DNA of 64,000 nt from Alphaproteobacteria bacterium. Lineage in GTDB: Bacteria > Pseudomonadota > Alphaproteobacteria > UBA828. The notes under the pieces were generated by a model. The model saw only the letters and a program-made list of their open reading frames with translations, had not been told where the DNA came from and did no database searches. Both the position numbers and the translations under genes were made by a program. Where the stretch lies: positions 1,312,001 through 1,376,000 of the forward strand of contig OZ243972.1 in the NCBI GenBank assembly GCA_965214705.1, in the 5' to 3' direction. Positions 48,731 through 59,769 of the stretch are shown one piece after another. Every line of letters begins with the position of its first letter. Position 1 is the first letter of the stretch.

Positions 48731-49635
48731 CCGCCGCCGCCCGTCTCCCCCGCACGATCCGGAATCCCTACCGCGTGCCGCTCCCTGCCGTGATCAGCTT
48801 CTCGGGCGGCCGCACCTCGGGATTCATGCTGAAAATGATCGTCGACGCTTATGGCGGTCGGCTACCCGATTCGGTCTCCGTGATCTTCGCGAATACCGGT
48901 CTTGAACGTCCCGAAACCCTGGAATTCGTGGAGGTGTGCGGCCGCGCGTGGGGGGTCGAGATCCATTGGGTCGAGTATCTGTGGGACGCACCGCACCGCA
49001 CCCGCGTCGTCGACTTCGCCACCGCGTCCAGGAGCGGCGAGCCCTACGCGGCATTGATCGACCGCAAGGGATTCGTCCCGAACGTCAAACTCCGCGCATG
49101 TAGCAGCTTCTTGAAAAGAGACCGCATCGAGTCCTACGCCCGGCACCGGTTGGGCCTGAAACGCTGGCACTCGGTGATCGGGCTGCGCGCCGACGAGCAG
49201 CGCCGCGTGCTGAGGATGCGCGCCATGAACTGCGGCTCGCGCACCGGCGCCCACGCCGTGCTGCCGCTCGCCGATGCGGGCGCGCGCCAGGCCGACGTGC
49301 TCGACTGGTGGAGGCGCCAGCCCTTCGATCTCGGCATTCCCTCCTACGCCGGAAACTGCACGCTCTGCATGCTGAAGGGCCGGGCCAAGCTGATCCGCCT
49401 CATCCGCGAGGATCCGACCCTGGCGGACTGGTGGATAGAGCAAGAGGCCAAAGTCGCGAACCGAACCGGCCCGGACGGCCGCGCCTGCGACTCCATGAAG
49501 CGCTTCCGGCTCGGCGAGACCTACGCCGAACTCAAGGCCGCGGCGCTCGCCCACCGCGACCTGTTCGACGATGCGGCGGCGTCCCCCGGCGAGAGCGCCG
49601 AGTCCGACTCCTTCGACTGCCACTGCACCGACTAG
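48727..49635 (+). CDS. PAPS-reductase-like (PP-loop) protein
   Basis: ISFSGGRTS, FANTGLE, IGLRADE, GNCTLC, terminal CHCTD. Confidence 0.8.
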   Translation: MTAAARLPRTIRNPYRVPLPAVISFSGGRTSGFMLKMIVDAYGGRLPDSVSVIFANTGLERPETLEFVEVCGRAWGVEIHWVEYLWDAPHRTRVVDFATASRSGEPYAALIDRKGFVPNVKLRACSSFLKRDRIESYARHRLGLKRWHSVIGLRADEQRRVLRMRAMNCGSRTGAHAVLPLADAGARQADVLDWWRRQPFDLGIPSYAGNCTLCMLKGRAKLIRLIREDPTLADWWIEQEAKVANRTGPDGRACDSMKRFRLGETYAELKAAALAHRDLFDDAAASPGESAESDSFDCHCTD

Positions 49636-49815
49636 CCGCCGGTCCATCCGACCCCGCCGGCACGGCCCGGAGAGGCCGAGCCCGGCGGCATCCCTCCGAG
49701 AGTCCCGGGCGCCCGAGAGAGCGCCCGCGGTCTTTTCCATCGACGCGCGATCGCACACGGCCGCGCGTCCCCCGTCCACTCGCCGCCTGCGTGCGGCCCA
49801 TCTCCGGAGAAGCCG

Positions 49816-52353
49816 ATGACCGAACCCGTCATCCGATCCATCCCGCTCCACCGCCTGGAGCCTTCGCCCGCCAACGTCCGCAAGACCGCGGCCGGCAACA
49901 ACGCCTTCGCCGAGCTCAAGGCCTCCATCGCCGCTCTCGACGTGCTCGAGAACCTGGTGGTCCGCGACGTCGGACCCGCCGAAGACCCCGGAACGGGTCC
50001 GGGGCAAGCTCTTGGCGAGCGCTTCGCCGTCATCGCCGGCGCCAGGCGCCTCGCCGCGCTCAACGAGCTCGCGCAAGAGGGCGTCATCGAGGCCAACCAC
50101 CCCGTCCCCTGCCGCATCGTCGCCAATGGCGCCGCCGACGGCGAGATCTCGCTGGCCGAGAACGTGGTCCGGGTCGCCATGCACCCGGCCGACCAGGTCC
50201 AGGCCTTCGGCGCGCTCGCGCTCGCCGGCGCGACTGTCGCCGACATCGCCGCCCGCTTCGGCGTCTCCGAGCGCACCGTCGAGCAGCGTCTCCGCCTCGG
50301 CCACACCGCGCCCGAGCTGCTGGATGCCTACCGGGAGAACGCCATCGACCTCGAGACGCTGAAGGCCTTCGCCGTGACCACCGACACCGCGCGCCAGATG
50401 GCGGTGTGGGAGCAGGTCAGGGACCAAGGCTACCGGCCCACCGGCTGGCAGATCAAGCGCATGCTCACCGACGACCGCATCCCCGCCGGCGCCGCGCTCG
50501 CCCGCTACGTCGGGGTGGACGCCTACGAGGCGGCGGGCGGACCGGTGCTGCGAGACCTCTTCGCCGACGAGCACGAGAACGGCGTCTGGCTGGAGGACCC
50601 GGCGCTCTTGATGCAGCTCGCCATGGACCGGCTCAAGGTGGCGGCGGACGAGCTCGCGACGCGGTGGAGGTGGGCCGAGGCCCGCCTCGACGTCGAGTGG
50701 TCCGACCTCGCCCGCTTCGGACGGGTGCGTCCCACTCCGGCCGAGCCCACCGACGAGGAGAAGGCGGAGATCGAGCGCCTGCATACCCGGCACGACGAGC
50801 TCGTCAACATGGACGAGGACGCGTGGACCGACGAGCTGATCGAGGAGGCCGAGGCGATCGAGCCGCGCCTCGCCGAGATCCAGGACGCCGTCAAGGCCCG
50901 CGCCGTCTTCAAGCCCGAGGACATCGCGATCGCGGGCTGCATCGTCACCGTCGGCGGCAACGGCGAGCTGCAGCTCGTCCAGGGGCTGGTGAAGCCCGAG
51001 GACATGCCGGCCGACGACACCGGCGGTGGCGACGCCGATGCCGCCGGCCAGATGCGGCACACCGGCGAGCAGCACGCTGGATCCGGCATCGCGGCGCCCG
51101 CCGTCTCCGGCCCGGCCATGCCGCCCGCGCGGCCCGACCCGGAAGCAGAGGCGCGCAAGGAGGCCGGTGTCGGCATCGGCCTCGCCGACGACCTCCGCGC
51201 CATCCGCACGGCGTTGGTCAAGACCCACCTCGCCGAGGACTTCGGGGCCGCCTTCGACCTCATGCTGTTCCAGATGGGGCGCGCGGTGTTCACCCCCGGC
51301 TATCACGACCATGCGCTCGACATCGCGGTGCGCGAGACCCGCGACCGCCCGCCGCTCCGCGTCAACGACGACGCCTTCGGCGACTGGAGCCCCGGCGAGG
51401 CCATGCTGGCCGACCGCTCGTCGCTCCCCTTCGACTGGCTGGAGATCGAAGACCGCCAGGAGTCATTCGCGGCGCTCCGGGCGCTCCCGGAGTTGGACAA
51501 GCGCCGCCTGTTCGCGGCCTGCGTCGCCCGCACGGTCAACGGCCAGCTCGCGTTCGAGGCGGACGCCCGGCCCGAGCTGGAAGCCACCGTCGCCCGCCTC
51601 GACATCGAGTTCGCGGCGCATGTCCGGCCCACCGCCGAGATGTTCTGGTCGCGCGTCCGCAAGGACAAGATGCTCGGCATCGCCCGCAAGGTCCTCGGCG
51701 TCGAGTGAACGCACGCCCACCGCAAGGACAAGAAGGCCACGCTGGCCACGGCGATGGAGACCGCGTTCGCCAAGGCCGATTCCCCTCCGCTCGGGGTCGC
51801 AAAGGAGGGCCACGCCGCCGCGCTCGCCTGGGCGCCGCCCGGCTTCGGAGCCTTCGACTCCGGCCACGTCGACGACGGCGAGACCGGCGAACCGGAAGCG
51901 CCACCTGCGGAGCTGCCCTCCCAGGACGCGGCGCCTTCGGACGAGGCTCAGTCCGGCGCCCGGCACGAGGACGCAGCGGAGCAGCCCGAACCCGCCGCCG
52001 ACGCCGAGGCTCCCGAGGACCGGGCGCCCGATGCGGGCGACGTGGACCAGTCCGCGCCGCCCAACGGGACCCCTGTGCCGGACACCGCCGGATCGCCCGG
52101 CGCCCCACACGGGGAAGCCATCGCCCCCACCAGCCACGAGGCGATCGACGCCATGAACGCCGTGCCCGTCGCGGGCGGCGGACCCAGGGTGATCGTGAAC
52201 ACCGTGGGCTTCGAGAACGGCGGCGACGGCGACGCCGATGCGTCCACCGAAGACGTCCCGCCCGCGCCGCCGGTCCCGGGCAACGGCCACGATACCGCCG
52301 GCGCAAGCGGCGGCGACGGACTCGAGATCCCCGCCTTCCTGCGCCGCACGTAG
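49816..52353 (+). pseudogene. parB: ParB/RepB/Spo0J-family protein with in-frame nonsense codon at 51706-51708
   Basis: SPANVRKT, VIAGARRL, SLAENVVR..MHPAD, HTH. Reading continues in the same frame after TGA (VE*THAHRKDKKATLA). Confidence 0.8.
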
Positions 52354-52477
52354 GCGCCGCGTCACTTCCCCGCGCCCCGCCGTTCGGCGGGCTTCGGGTC
52401 GGCGGCCTTCGGGTCAACGGCCCTTGGACTCGTCCGGCGGGGCGCCTTTCCATCCACCGCTTTCATGGGAGACCGCC

Positions 52478-54244
52478 ATGACCGATCCTTCCGATCTGCC
52501 CGCCACGATCCGGGCCCGCGTCCACGAGGGCGCCATCGACCGCGTCACGAGATTCTTCGATGCCGGGCTCGCCCAGGCGTTCACGGAGCTGATCCAGAAC
52601 TCGCGCCGCAGCGGCGCCACCCGCATCGCCGCCGTCACGGAGGTCGTCAGCCAGGACGAGCCTTCCTGCGCCATCCGCGTCACCGTCAGCGACGACGGCG
52701 ACGGCATCGCCGACCCCGCCGTCCTCCTCTCCTTCGGCGAGAGCGGCTGGGACGAAGACACGGCGGAGCGCGAGGACCCCGCCGGAATGGGGGTCTATGC
52801 GCTGTCGAAGCGCGGCTGCACGATCTCCTCGCGTGCGCGCGGGCCTCTGCTGGATCTCGCCCCCGGCTGGCGCGTCGCGCTCACCCCCGAGTGCTTCCTC
52901 GGCAAGGAGGAGGCCGCCGTGGTCGAGGGCCACGCTCCCTGGCCCCACGGCACGATCATCTCCTTCACGGCCCACGAGAGCCTCGCCACCATCGAGCGTG
53001 CTCTCGCGGACGCCGCCCGCTACTGTCCGTTGCCCGTCACCTTCAACGGGGAGGCCTGCAAGCGGAAGGCCTTCCTCGACGGCGCCGTCCATGCAGAGCG
53101 TTGGCGCGGCCTCGCCTTCGGCGTCTTCAGGAACAGGCTCGCCGGCTTCAACCAACCCGACCTCAACTTCCATGGCCTCACCCTCTCCGTGCGCCTGCCT
53201 TCGGTCGATCCGGTCGAGGGCGGCGCCTGGTCGGTGCGCGCCGACATCGAGGCCTGTCCCGAGCTGGAGCTGGTGCTCCCCGCCCGCCGCGAGGCGGTCG
53301 AAACCGAGTTCCTCAAGGAGATGCGCCACGCGGCGCGTCTCGCGATCTACCGCGCCATGGCCGCGGCCGATCCCGCGCCGCGCATCGCCTTCAAGGACCA
53401 CAAGAGAGCCGCGGACGCCGGCATCGCGCTCCCCGTGCCGCCGGCCGAGCTCCGCCCCTGGCGCCCCGGCATCGCCGACATCGACGACTGGCGCGACACC
53501 CCGTCCTATGCGCCCGTCGACAGCCGCACGCTGGTCATGGCTGTCGATCCGGAGACGCAAGATCAGCAGGCGTTCTGGCGCGCGGCGGACAGGGCGGGAA
53601 TCGTCGGCGCGGGATCCCTGTTCGAAGCCGACACGCGCTTCGAGGGATATGCCTGGTACGACGCGCTCGCACGGGTGACCGAGATCCGCATCGAGGTCAC
53701 GGAGGCCGGCGTGACGCACGCCCTCGATGTGCTGCGCGAGGCCCCCGACCCTGTGACCGGCGTGTCCACCGCGCCGGGCCTGCCGGATACGCTCGCCCGG
53801 CCCGACGAGATCCACATGCACCTTCGCATCGAGCGGGGCGACGGGCCGCCCGAGACCATGACCGTCCCTGCCGACGTCGCCTTCGTCGGCGAGGACGGGG
53901 CCTGGATCGAGGACGCCCGCCCGCTGGTGACCAGGGACAGCAAGCTCACGCCGATGCAGCTCACGCGGCTGCTTCACGCGAGCTATTTCTCGGCCTCCGA
54001 CGACGCCGACGCCGACAGCTACGACACCCAGTCCGCCCGCTTCGACCAGGACGCCACGCACATGGCGATCAAGCTGCTCGCCACGGAGGACGAGGCCCGC
54101 AAGCACACTATCGCGGAGGCCGTCTGGCGCGAAATCCTCTGGGTGATGCCGCGCGACCGCGAAGTCTCCATCAAGGTGCACGGCGGCAAGGTCGCGGTGG
54201 AGTTCGGGCCCGAAAACCCCGCGCCGCAGGAGGCCGCGGCATGA
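52478..54244 (+). CDS. GHKL (HATPase) ATP-binding protein
   Basis: ELIQNSRRSGA, VSDDGDGI, DPAGMG, GT motif. Confidence 0.78.
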   Translation: MTDPSDLPATIRARVHEGAIDRVTRFFDAGLAQAFTELIQNSRRSGATRIAAVTEVVSQDEPSCAIRVTVSDDGDGIADPAVLLSFGESGWDEDTAEREDPAGMGVYALSKRGCTISSRARGPLLDLAPGWRVALTPECFLGKEEAAVVEGHAPWPHGTIISFTAHESLATIERALADAARYCPLPVTFNGEACKRKAFLDGAVHAERWRGLAFGVFRNRLAGFNQPDLNFHGLTLSVRLPSVDPVEGGAWSVRADIEACPELELVLPARREAVETEFLKEMRHAARLAIYRAMAAADPAPRIAFKDHKRAADAGIALPVPPAELRPWRPGIADIDDWRDTPSYAPVDSRTLVMAVDPETQDQQAFWRAADRAGIVGAGSLFEADTRFEGYAWYDALARVTEIRIEVTEAGVTHALDVLREAPDPVTGVSTAPGLPDTLARPDEIHMHLRIERGDGPPETMTVPADVAFVGEDGAWIEDARPLVTRDSKLTPMQLTRLLHASYFSASDDADADSYDTQSARFDQDATHMAIKLLATEDEARKHTIAEAVWREILWVMPRDREVSIKVHGGKVAVEFGPENPAPQEAAA

Positions 54245-54738
54245 CGTGGTATTCGGTGCAGGCAGGCTACGCCGCTTACTACGGCAACACGGTCTCGGTC
54301 GAGGCCGAGACCCTCGAAGAGGCGCTGGAGAAGGCCATCGAGGCCGCCAACGACGACCCCAACTGGAAGTCGCTGGACCATTGCGGCCCGACTCACGTCG
54401 ATGCGTGCTGCATGGGCCGGGACGAGGGTCCGTGGGAGGACGGCAAGTCGCTGCCCGTGCCGGCCAGGTTCACGGAGCGCGGAGAGCCGCCCGTCGTCAC
54501 CTTGACCGGTCCCCACCCGCCCGGCGGCGTGGAGGTCACGGGCGGCACGGTCCAATTGCGCATCGTCGACCGCGCCGCGACCGTCACCACGGAGGTTTCC
54601 GATCCGCCGCCGCCGCCCGGCAGCAAGCCGGTGGTGACGGTCCGGCCCCGCCCCGATCGCGCCCCTGAGGTCGAAGTGACCCGCGGCAAGGCCATCGTAA
54701 GGATCGCGGGTTGGGAAGGAGGCGACCATGCCCAATGA
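54241..54738 (+). CDS. Hypothetical protein
   Basis: Coupled ORF MTWYSVQAGY..VEAETLEEALEKA. Confidence 0.55.
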   Translation: MTWYSVQAGYAAYYGNTVSVEAETLEEALEKAIEAANDDPNWKSLDHCGPTHVDACCMGRDEGPWEDGKSLPVPARFTERGEPPVVTLTGPHPPGGVEVTGGTVQLRIVDRAATVTTEVSDPPPPPGSKPVVTVRPRPDRAPEVEVTRGKAIVRIAGWEGGDHAQ

Positions 54739-55147
54739 ACCCGGCAACGCTGCCGCATTCGGCCCCGCGATCTCCACATACTCGCGCGCCCAGGCGATCG
54801 AGGACGGCATCCTCGTCGACGTCTCCGACACCGCGCGCGAAGCGGGCTTCAACATCCCCGTCGCGATCACGCGCACCGTCTGGAACCGCCTGATCGCCCT
54901 GCCCCAGCGCTACCGCGGCTTCCAGGACGAGCGCGGGCGCCTGTGGGACATGCTCTGGATGGCGCGCCACTACGCGCTCCGCGCCTCCGACCGCGACCGC
55001 GTGACCATGTGCGTGCTGGTGCGCGACATCCGCAAGGACCTCCGCGACAGCAACCGGCCGCCCCGCAAGCACTTCCCCATCGTGGCGATCGGCGCCGGCG
55101 ACGAGGGTCAGGCCGCAATCACCATCATGTTTCCCGAGGACGACTGA
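54728..55147 (+). CDS. DUF6573-like protein
   Basis: YSRAQAIEDGILVDVS..AREAGF..QDERGRLWD..ITIMFPED. Confidence 0.7.
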   Translation: MPNEPGNAAAFGPAISTYSRAQAIEDGILVDVSDTAREAGFNIPVAITRTVWNRLIALPQRYRGFQDERGRLWDMLWMARHYALRASDRDRVTMCVLVRDIRKDLRDSNRPPRKHFPIVAIGAGDEGQAAITIMFPEDD

Positions 55148-55324
55148 GCGCGCCTTCGCCACACCGGTCTCTCCGGCGCCGCCAGCAGCAGGGCCGGGCG
55201 TCGGTCGGGCGAGCGGCGCGGAACCTGGAGGACTCCGGCGCCGCCTCCCGCTCTCCTTCGGCGCCCCGCCGCGGTCTCTCCTCCCGTGGCGGGGCGTTTC
55301 CATTCCCCGCCATGGAGCCGTGCC

Positions 55325-55669
55325 ATGTCCCATTCGAGCGCCGCCCTCGCGATCCCCGACCTGCCGCCCGCGCCGCCCCCGGACCTGCACCCGATGGACC
55401 CGCGCCGGGGCGAGAGCCTCTCGCCCATGTTCGCGGCATTCCTGTGCTGGCTGTTGGTCCTGGAACCGATGACCGACCCGGCGATCACCGGCATCGCCGT
55501 CTCCGGCCGCTCGGTCCTCGCGGCCACGTCCGACGATCCGCTGTTCAACGCCCACATCGGCGCGCTGGAGGAATTCGAGCGCAACCTGCGCGGATGGGGC
55601 GAGGCCTGCGGGGCCGACCCGCACACGGTCGACGCGCTGGTGGCCAGGCTCCGGAGGGCCGGGCGATGA
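55325..55669 (+). CDS. Hypothetical protein
   Basis: RBS present; stop overlaps the radC ATG. Confidence 0.5.
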   Translation: MSHSSAALAIPDLPPAPPPDLHPMDPRRGESLSPMFAAFLCWLLVLEPMTDPAITGIAVSGRSVLAATSDDPLFNAHIGALEEFERNLRGWGEACGADPHTVDALVARLRRAGR

Positions 55670-56330
55670 CCTTCTCCGACGCTACTGCCCCCGGCCTGCG
55701 CGACGTGGCGCCGTTCCCTGCGCCCGCGGCGCAGCACCCCGCCGCCGACACCGCTCTCGACGGCCTGCGCGCCCGCCTTCTCCGCGCCGGGCGCGAGGCC
55801 GTCGACGACCGCGAGCTTCTGCAGCTCCTCCTGGCCGGGTCCCACTCCACCGCCGAAGCCACGCAGCTCGCAACGGTCCTGCTCGACACCTTCGGCTCGC
55901 CCGCCCGCGTCCTCGCCGCCCGCCCCGACACGCTGCGCGCAGTCACCGGGCTGGGTGAGGCCGGCGTCGCCGCCATCAAGACCGCAGAGGCGCTCGGCAT
56001 CGCGATGGCGAAGGCCGCGCTGCCCGAGACCTTCCATCCGCAGCTCGCGACCTACGAAAAGGTGGTCGAATACTGCCGGTCGCTGACGGCGCACCGCGAC
56101 GTCGAGGAGTTCCGCGCGCTGTACCTCGACACCAAGAACCGACTGATCCGCGATGAGTGCCTCCAGACCGGCACGGTCAACCACACCCCGGTCTATCCCC
56201 GGCAGGTCTGCGTCCGCACGCTGGAAGTGGCCGCAGCCGCAGTCGTCGTCTTGCATAATCACCCCTCGAACGACCCCACTCCGTCGAGGGCGGACGTCGA
56301 GATGACCGCCCGCCTGCGCGACGCCCTCAA

Positions 56331-58490
56331 CCCAAGTTGGCACTTTTCCGCTGCCTGTGTTCCCTATTGGTTTGATTCAACGCGATATTTTTCTCGGTCG
56401 ATTCCAACATGGCCCCACATTTTGTGAGATTCTGTCAGCTCATCAGACGGGTCCTCGTGCGGTGGATGGCGGGGTCCACGCCCGCCGCCGAGGAGATTGC
56501 GGCAACCTCGGCGGCCGGGCGCGTGTCCTGGCGGTTGACGATCAAGGTGCCGTCGGTCTGGCGCAGGCGCGTGGTGATCCGCACCCAGGTCCGCATGCTC
56601 TCGCGGATCGACGCCCAGCACTTGTGGATGCCGCGCGCGGCCAGCCGGGTACGGATCAGATGCACGGCGTGGTAGGCCAGCACGGCGATCAGCAGGTGGG
56701 CCGCGATGCGCCGGTCGAGCTGGTGCCAGATCGGGCGAAGGCCGAGCTCGGATTTCAGGCTCCGGAATGTCGCCTCGATATCCGTGATCCGCCAGTACGT
56801 CCGCAGGACCGTCTCGATGTCCCAGTCGACGTGGCTGGTGCGCAGCACATAGGCACCGGCGCCCTCATCGGCCTCGTCGTATCGCGGCCTGCGCTTGAAG
56901 CGCACGGCGGTGGCATTGGGGCCGGTTTTCGCCCTCTCGACCGTGATCTCGTAGTGCCTGGCGACGGCGGAGAAGCGCTGCTTGAGGCGGCCTATGCTCT
57001 CCAGCACCTTGTCGTAGCGCTTGAGGCGGCCCTTGACCGCAAGGCCGCCGTGGAGCCTTTCCAGCGCCGCCTCGAAGCGGTTCCGCCTCAGGCCGATGAT
57101 CGCGTTCTCGGCCTTCTTCTTGCCCTCGCTGACGACGTAGAGCCGCGCCTCGCCGTCCTCGCTGGCAAGCCGCCAGGCCCGCACCTCGTGGCGCGCGCTG
57201 GTGATCAGCAGGGCCTCGGGTCCGCCCTCGGGCGGCGCAGGCCTGGCACCGCGGCTGACCGCGATCCAGTCGTAGCCCTGCTCGCCCAGCCAGACGATGT
57301 TCTCCTCGGTGGCGATGCCCGCGTCCATGACCACCGTGGGCTTCGGCGCCGTGCCGCCGCACACCGCCTCGAGCCGCGCCAGCGCCTCGTGCAGCGTGCC
57401 CGGCTCGCTCACGTTGCCCGGCAGGATCTCGCAACTGCGCGGGAAGCCCGCGCCGTCGAGCGCCAGCGCCAGCGTGATGAGGGGACAGTCGTCGCGCTTC
57501 TGCTTGGAGCGCCCGAACCTGGGAAGCTCGCCGCCCGTGTGGCCGTGGTAGTGGACGTTGGTGAGATCGTAGAAGGCGATCGTCTCGGGCAGGTCGAGCA
57601 GTGCGCGCTCACGGTTGAACAGCTCCCGCTGGATGGCGGCGCGGTGGCGCCAGAGCAGGTCGCCGATGCGGTAGAGCGTCTTGCGCCGCAGCGCCTTGCG
57701 GTCGCCCTCCAGGCCCAGGAGCTCGGCGGCCGCGCTGTCGTGGCGGAGCCAGCGGCTGGTATCACGCTCGCTGGCGGGATGGACCATCCTGGCGACGATC
57801 AGCGCGCTGGCGATGCGCCCGTCGCGGCCCTTGATGTCGAGGCCGTGGAGGATTTCGGCGAAGCCGAGGGCGTCGAGGGCCTTGAGGCACAGGCGCTCGC
57901 AGCCGACCGTGCGCGGGTTCTCGTGCTCCAGGGTATCGAGGTCGACGGTGGCGATGTCGGGCTTGCGCGCCTCTTCCTGCATCGCCTCGACGCGGAACCC
58001 CCTGGCCCTGAGCTTGGCGACGATGTCCTCGGCTGCGGCCCGCACATCCGCCTCGCCCTCGAACAGCGGCGGCTTGCCGTGAAGCAGCGCCTCGGCGAGT
58101 TCGGTGACGGCCTTCCACTTCTCGCGCGGCACCGGATAGTCGGTGCCGAGATTGAGCAGCGTCCTGTGGCGCACCTTGTCGCCGACGCGCTGGGCGAGCA
58201 CGAGGCGATGGCTTCGGACCGGCTGGCCGGCCTTGTCGGTGTGTGTCCTGGTTGCCTTGATGTACATGGCGGCGCCGTTTCTGCGATGCCTGTTTCGCAT
58301 ACACGGCGTTCGCGGCATCTGGCAAGAGGGATATCGACTCAACTCCAAAGTCCTGGCCCCACAATTGGCTTCCAGGACCACGAATGGCAAATGTGGGTCT
58401 CAGGTGTCCTCCAACCCCAACATCTAGTGGTTCAGCGCCGCAAAACTAGCTCGAACAGGCTCGGCTGGTCGGAAAAAGTGCCAACTTGGG
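56331..58490 (-). mobile_element. IS1634-like element, copy 2, intact (2160 bp)
   Basis: TIRs CCCAAGTTGGCACTTTT / AAAAGTGCCAACTTGGG; 4-bp TSD TCAA (56327-56330 and 58491-58494). Confidence 0.93.
56435..58267 (-). CDS. IS1634-family DDE transposase
   Basis: FYDLTN, FGRSKQKRDD, VVMDAGI, IEATFRSLKSELGLRPIWH. Confidence 0.92.
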   Translation of the reverse strand: MYIKATRTHTDKAGQPVRSHRLVLAQRVGDKVRHRTLLNLGTDYPVPREKWKAVTELAEALLHGKPPLFEGEADVRAAAEDIVAKLRARGFRVEAMQEEARKPDIATVDLDTLEHENPRTVGCERLCLKALDALGFAEILHGLDIKGRDGRIASALIVARMVHPASERDTSRWLRHDSAAAELLGLEGDRKALRRKTLYRIGDLLWRHRAAIQRELFNRERALLDLPETIAFYDLTNVHYHGHTGGELPRFGRSKQKRDDCPLITLALALDGAGFPRSCEILPGNVSEPGTLHEALARLEAVCGGTAPKPTVVMDAGIATEENIVWLGEQGYDWIAVSRGARPAPPEGGPEALLITSARHEVRAWRLASEDGEARLYVVSEGKKKAENAIIGLRRNRFEAALERLHGGLAVKGRLKRYDKVLESIGRLKQRFSAVARHYEITVERAKTGPNATAVRFKRRPRYDEADEGAGAYVLRTSHVDWDIETVLRTYWRITDIEATFRSLKSELGLRPIWHQLDRRIAAHLLIAVLAYHAVHLIRTRLAARGIHKCWASIRESMRTWVRITTRLRQTDGTLIVNRQDTRPAAEVAAISSAAGVDPAIHRTRTRLMS

Positions 58491-58547
58491 TCAAGACGAT
58501 CGACGTCGATCTCCACGACCACATCGTCGTGACGCCGGGCGGCGCGT

Positions 58548-58844
58548 TCAGCTTCCGCGAGAAGGGTCTCCTTTGACCTCCCGCGCTGCATCGCGGTCCT
58601 CGCCGCGCTTTCGCAACGCCCCGTAGGGATCGGGCGTGCCGTGACCCGGCGGCGGCGCCTTGCCGAAGCACCGCATCCCGCAGAGCTCCAGGTGTTCCAC
58701 GACTCTCTGCGCCACCGGCCGGAGCCGGTCGTGATCGCCGGGCACGCGTTTCCTCGGCCAGAAGCGCTCCGCCTTGAGCAGCGCCATCTCGACGGTGAAC
58801 AGCAGGTCGCCCCGCGAGACCGGGCGGTCGTAATCCTCGTCCAT
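58548..58844 (-). CDS. Small hypothetical protein divergent from SRAP
   Basis: MDEDYDRPVSRGDLLFTVEMALL..VAQRVVEHLELCGMR; lies next to a LexA box. Confidence 0.55.
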   Translation of the reverse strand: MDEDYDRPVSRGDLLFTVEMALLKAERFWPRKRVPGDHDRLRPVAQRVVEHLELCGMRCFGKAPPPGHGTPDPYGALRKRGEDRDAAREVKGDPSRGS

Positions 58845-58863
58845 CCGGCGGACACTGCCACAG

Positions 58864-58878
58864 GAACATTGCGAGAAC
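58864..58878. promoter_or_regulatory. Alphaproteobacterial LexA box
   Basis: GAAC-ATTGCGA-GAAC between divergent genes. Confidence 0.85.
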
Positions 58879-58918
58879 AACATGACAGCCCGCCGCCGCT
58901 GCGGGTAGGTTCGCGAAC

Positions 58919-59611
58919 ATGTGCGGCCGCTTCACCCAACGCATGTCATGGCGGGAGCTGCACGAGCGGATGGACCTCATCGGCACGCCGCTCAACCTGC
59001 GGCCCCGCTACAACGTCGCGCCGGGCCAGGACGTCTCCGTCGTGCGCGCCGCCGAGGGCGGGCGCAGCCTCGCCATGCTGCGTTGGGGGCTGATTCCGGC
59101 CTGGGCGAAGGATCCCGCTATCGCCTGGAAGCTGATCAACGCCCGGTCCGAGACGGCGGCGCAGAAACCCTCCTTCCGCGCAGCCTACCGCCATCGCCGC
59201 TGCCTGATCCCGGCCGACGGGTTCTATGAGTGGCGGCGCGAAGGCAAGCCCCGCCAGCCCTGGCTGTTCGGGCTCACGGACGGCGCGCCCTTCGCCTTCG
59301 CCGGCCTGTGGGAACGCTGGACGGTGCCGGCGGGTGCGGCGCTTACGGGCTCGCTCGCGGAGCGCAGTCAGGGCGACGCGGTCGAGACCTGCACCATCCT
59401 CACCACCGCCGCCAACGAGACGGTGGCGCCTGTGCACGGCCGTATGCCGGTCATCCTGCCGCGCGATGCTTACGACCCCTGGCTCGCGGGGGAGGACGTG
59501 CCGCTCCCACCCTTCCCGGCGAACGACATGACCGCTTGGCCGGTGAGCATGCTGGTCAACCGGCCGGCCAACGACGACCCCCGCTGCGTCGAGCCCGTCG
59601 CTCCGGCCTGA
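58919..59611 (+). CDS. SOS response-associated peptidase (SRAP/YedK)
   Basis: MCGRF, RYNVAP, WGLIP, INARSET, RRCLIPADGFYEW, VHGRMPVIL. Confidence 0.95.
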   Translation: MCGRFTQRMSWRELHERMDLIGTPLNLRPRYNVAPGQDVSVVRAAEGGRSLAMLRWGLIPAWAKDPAIAWKLINARSETAAQKPSFRAAYRHRRCLIPADGFYEWRREGKPRQPWLFGLTDGAPFAFAGLWERWTVPAGAALTGSLAERSQGDAVETCTILTTAANETVAPVHGRMPVILPRDAYDPWLAGEDVPLPPFPANDMTAWPVSMLVNRPANDDPRCVEPVAPA

Positions 59612-59769
59612 TCCCCGGCCGCCCGGCGGCCTGACCGCTTCCCTCCCCACGTCTCCGCGCCCCTCGCCGGCGAGAGTCCGGCCAGCCGGCGCCGGGTGGG
59701 CCGCCGGTGCCGGCGCGGGACGATCCGCCGCAAGCCGGACGCCCACGCCCTTCCAGCCCGGAGGCCGCC

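Larger units (their letters stand above)
55666..58576 (+). pseudogene. radC: RadC (JAB domain), interrupted by IS (55666-56330 joined to 58495-58576)
   Basis: ELLQLLL, EEFRALYLDTKNRLI, GTVNHTPVYPR, HNHPSNDPTPSRAD; LHDHIVV..FSFREKGLL follows the IS. Confidence 0.92.

Noticed and set aside
51706-51708. TGA recoding (Sec or Trp) in parB
   Set aside because: TGA is used as a normal stop throughout the window and there is no redox-Cys context; a nonsense mutation or sequencing error is simpler.
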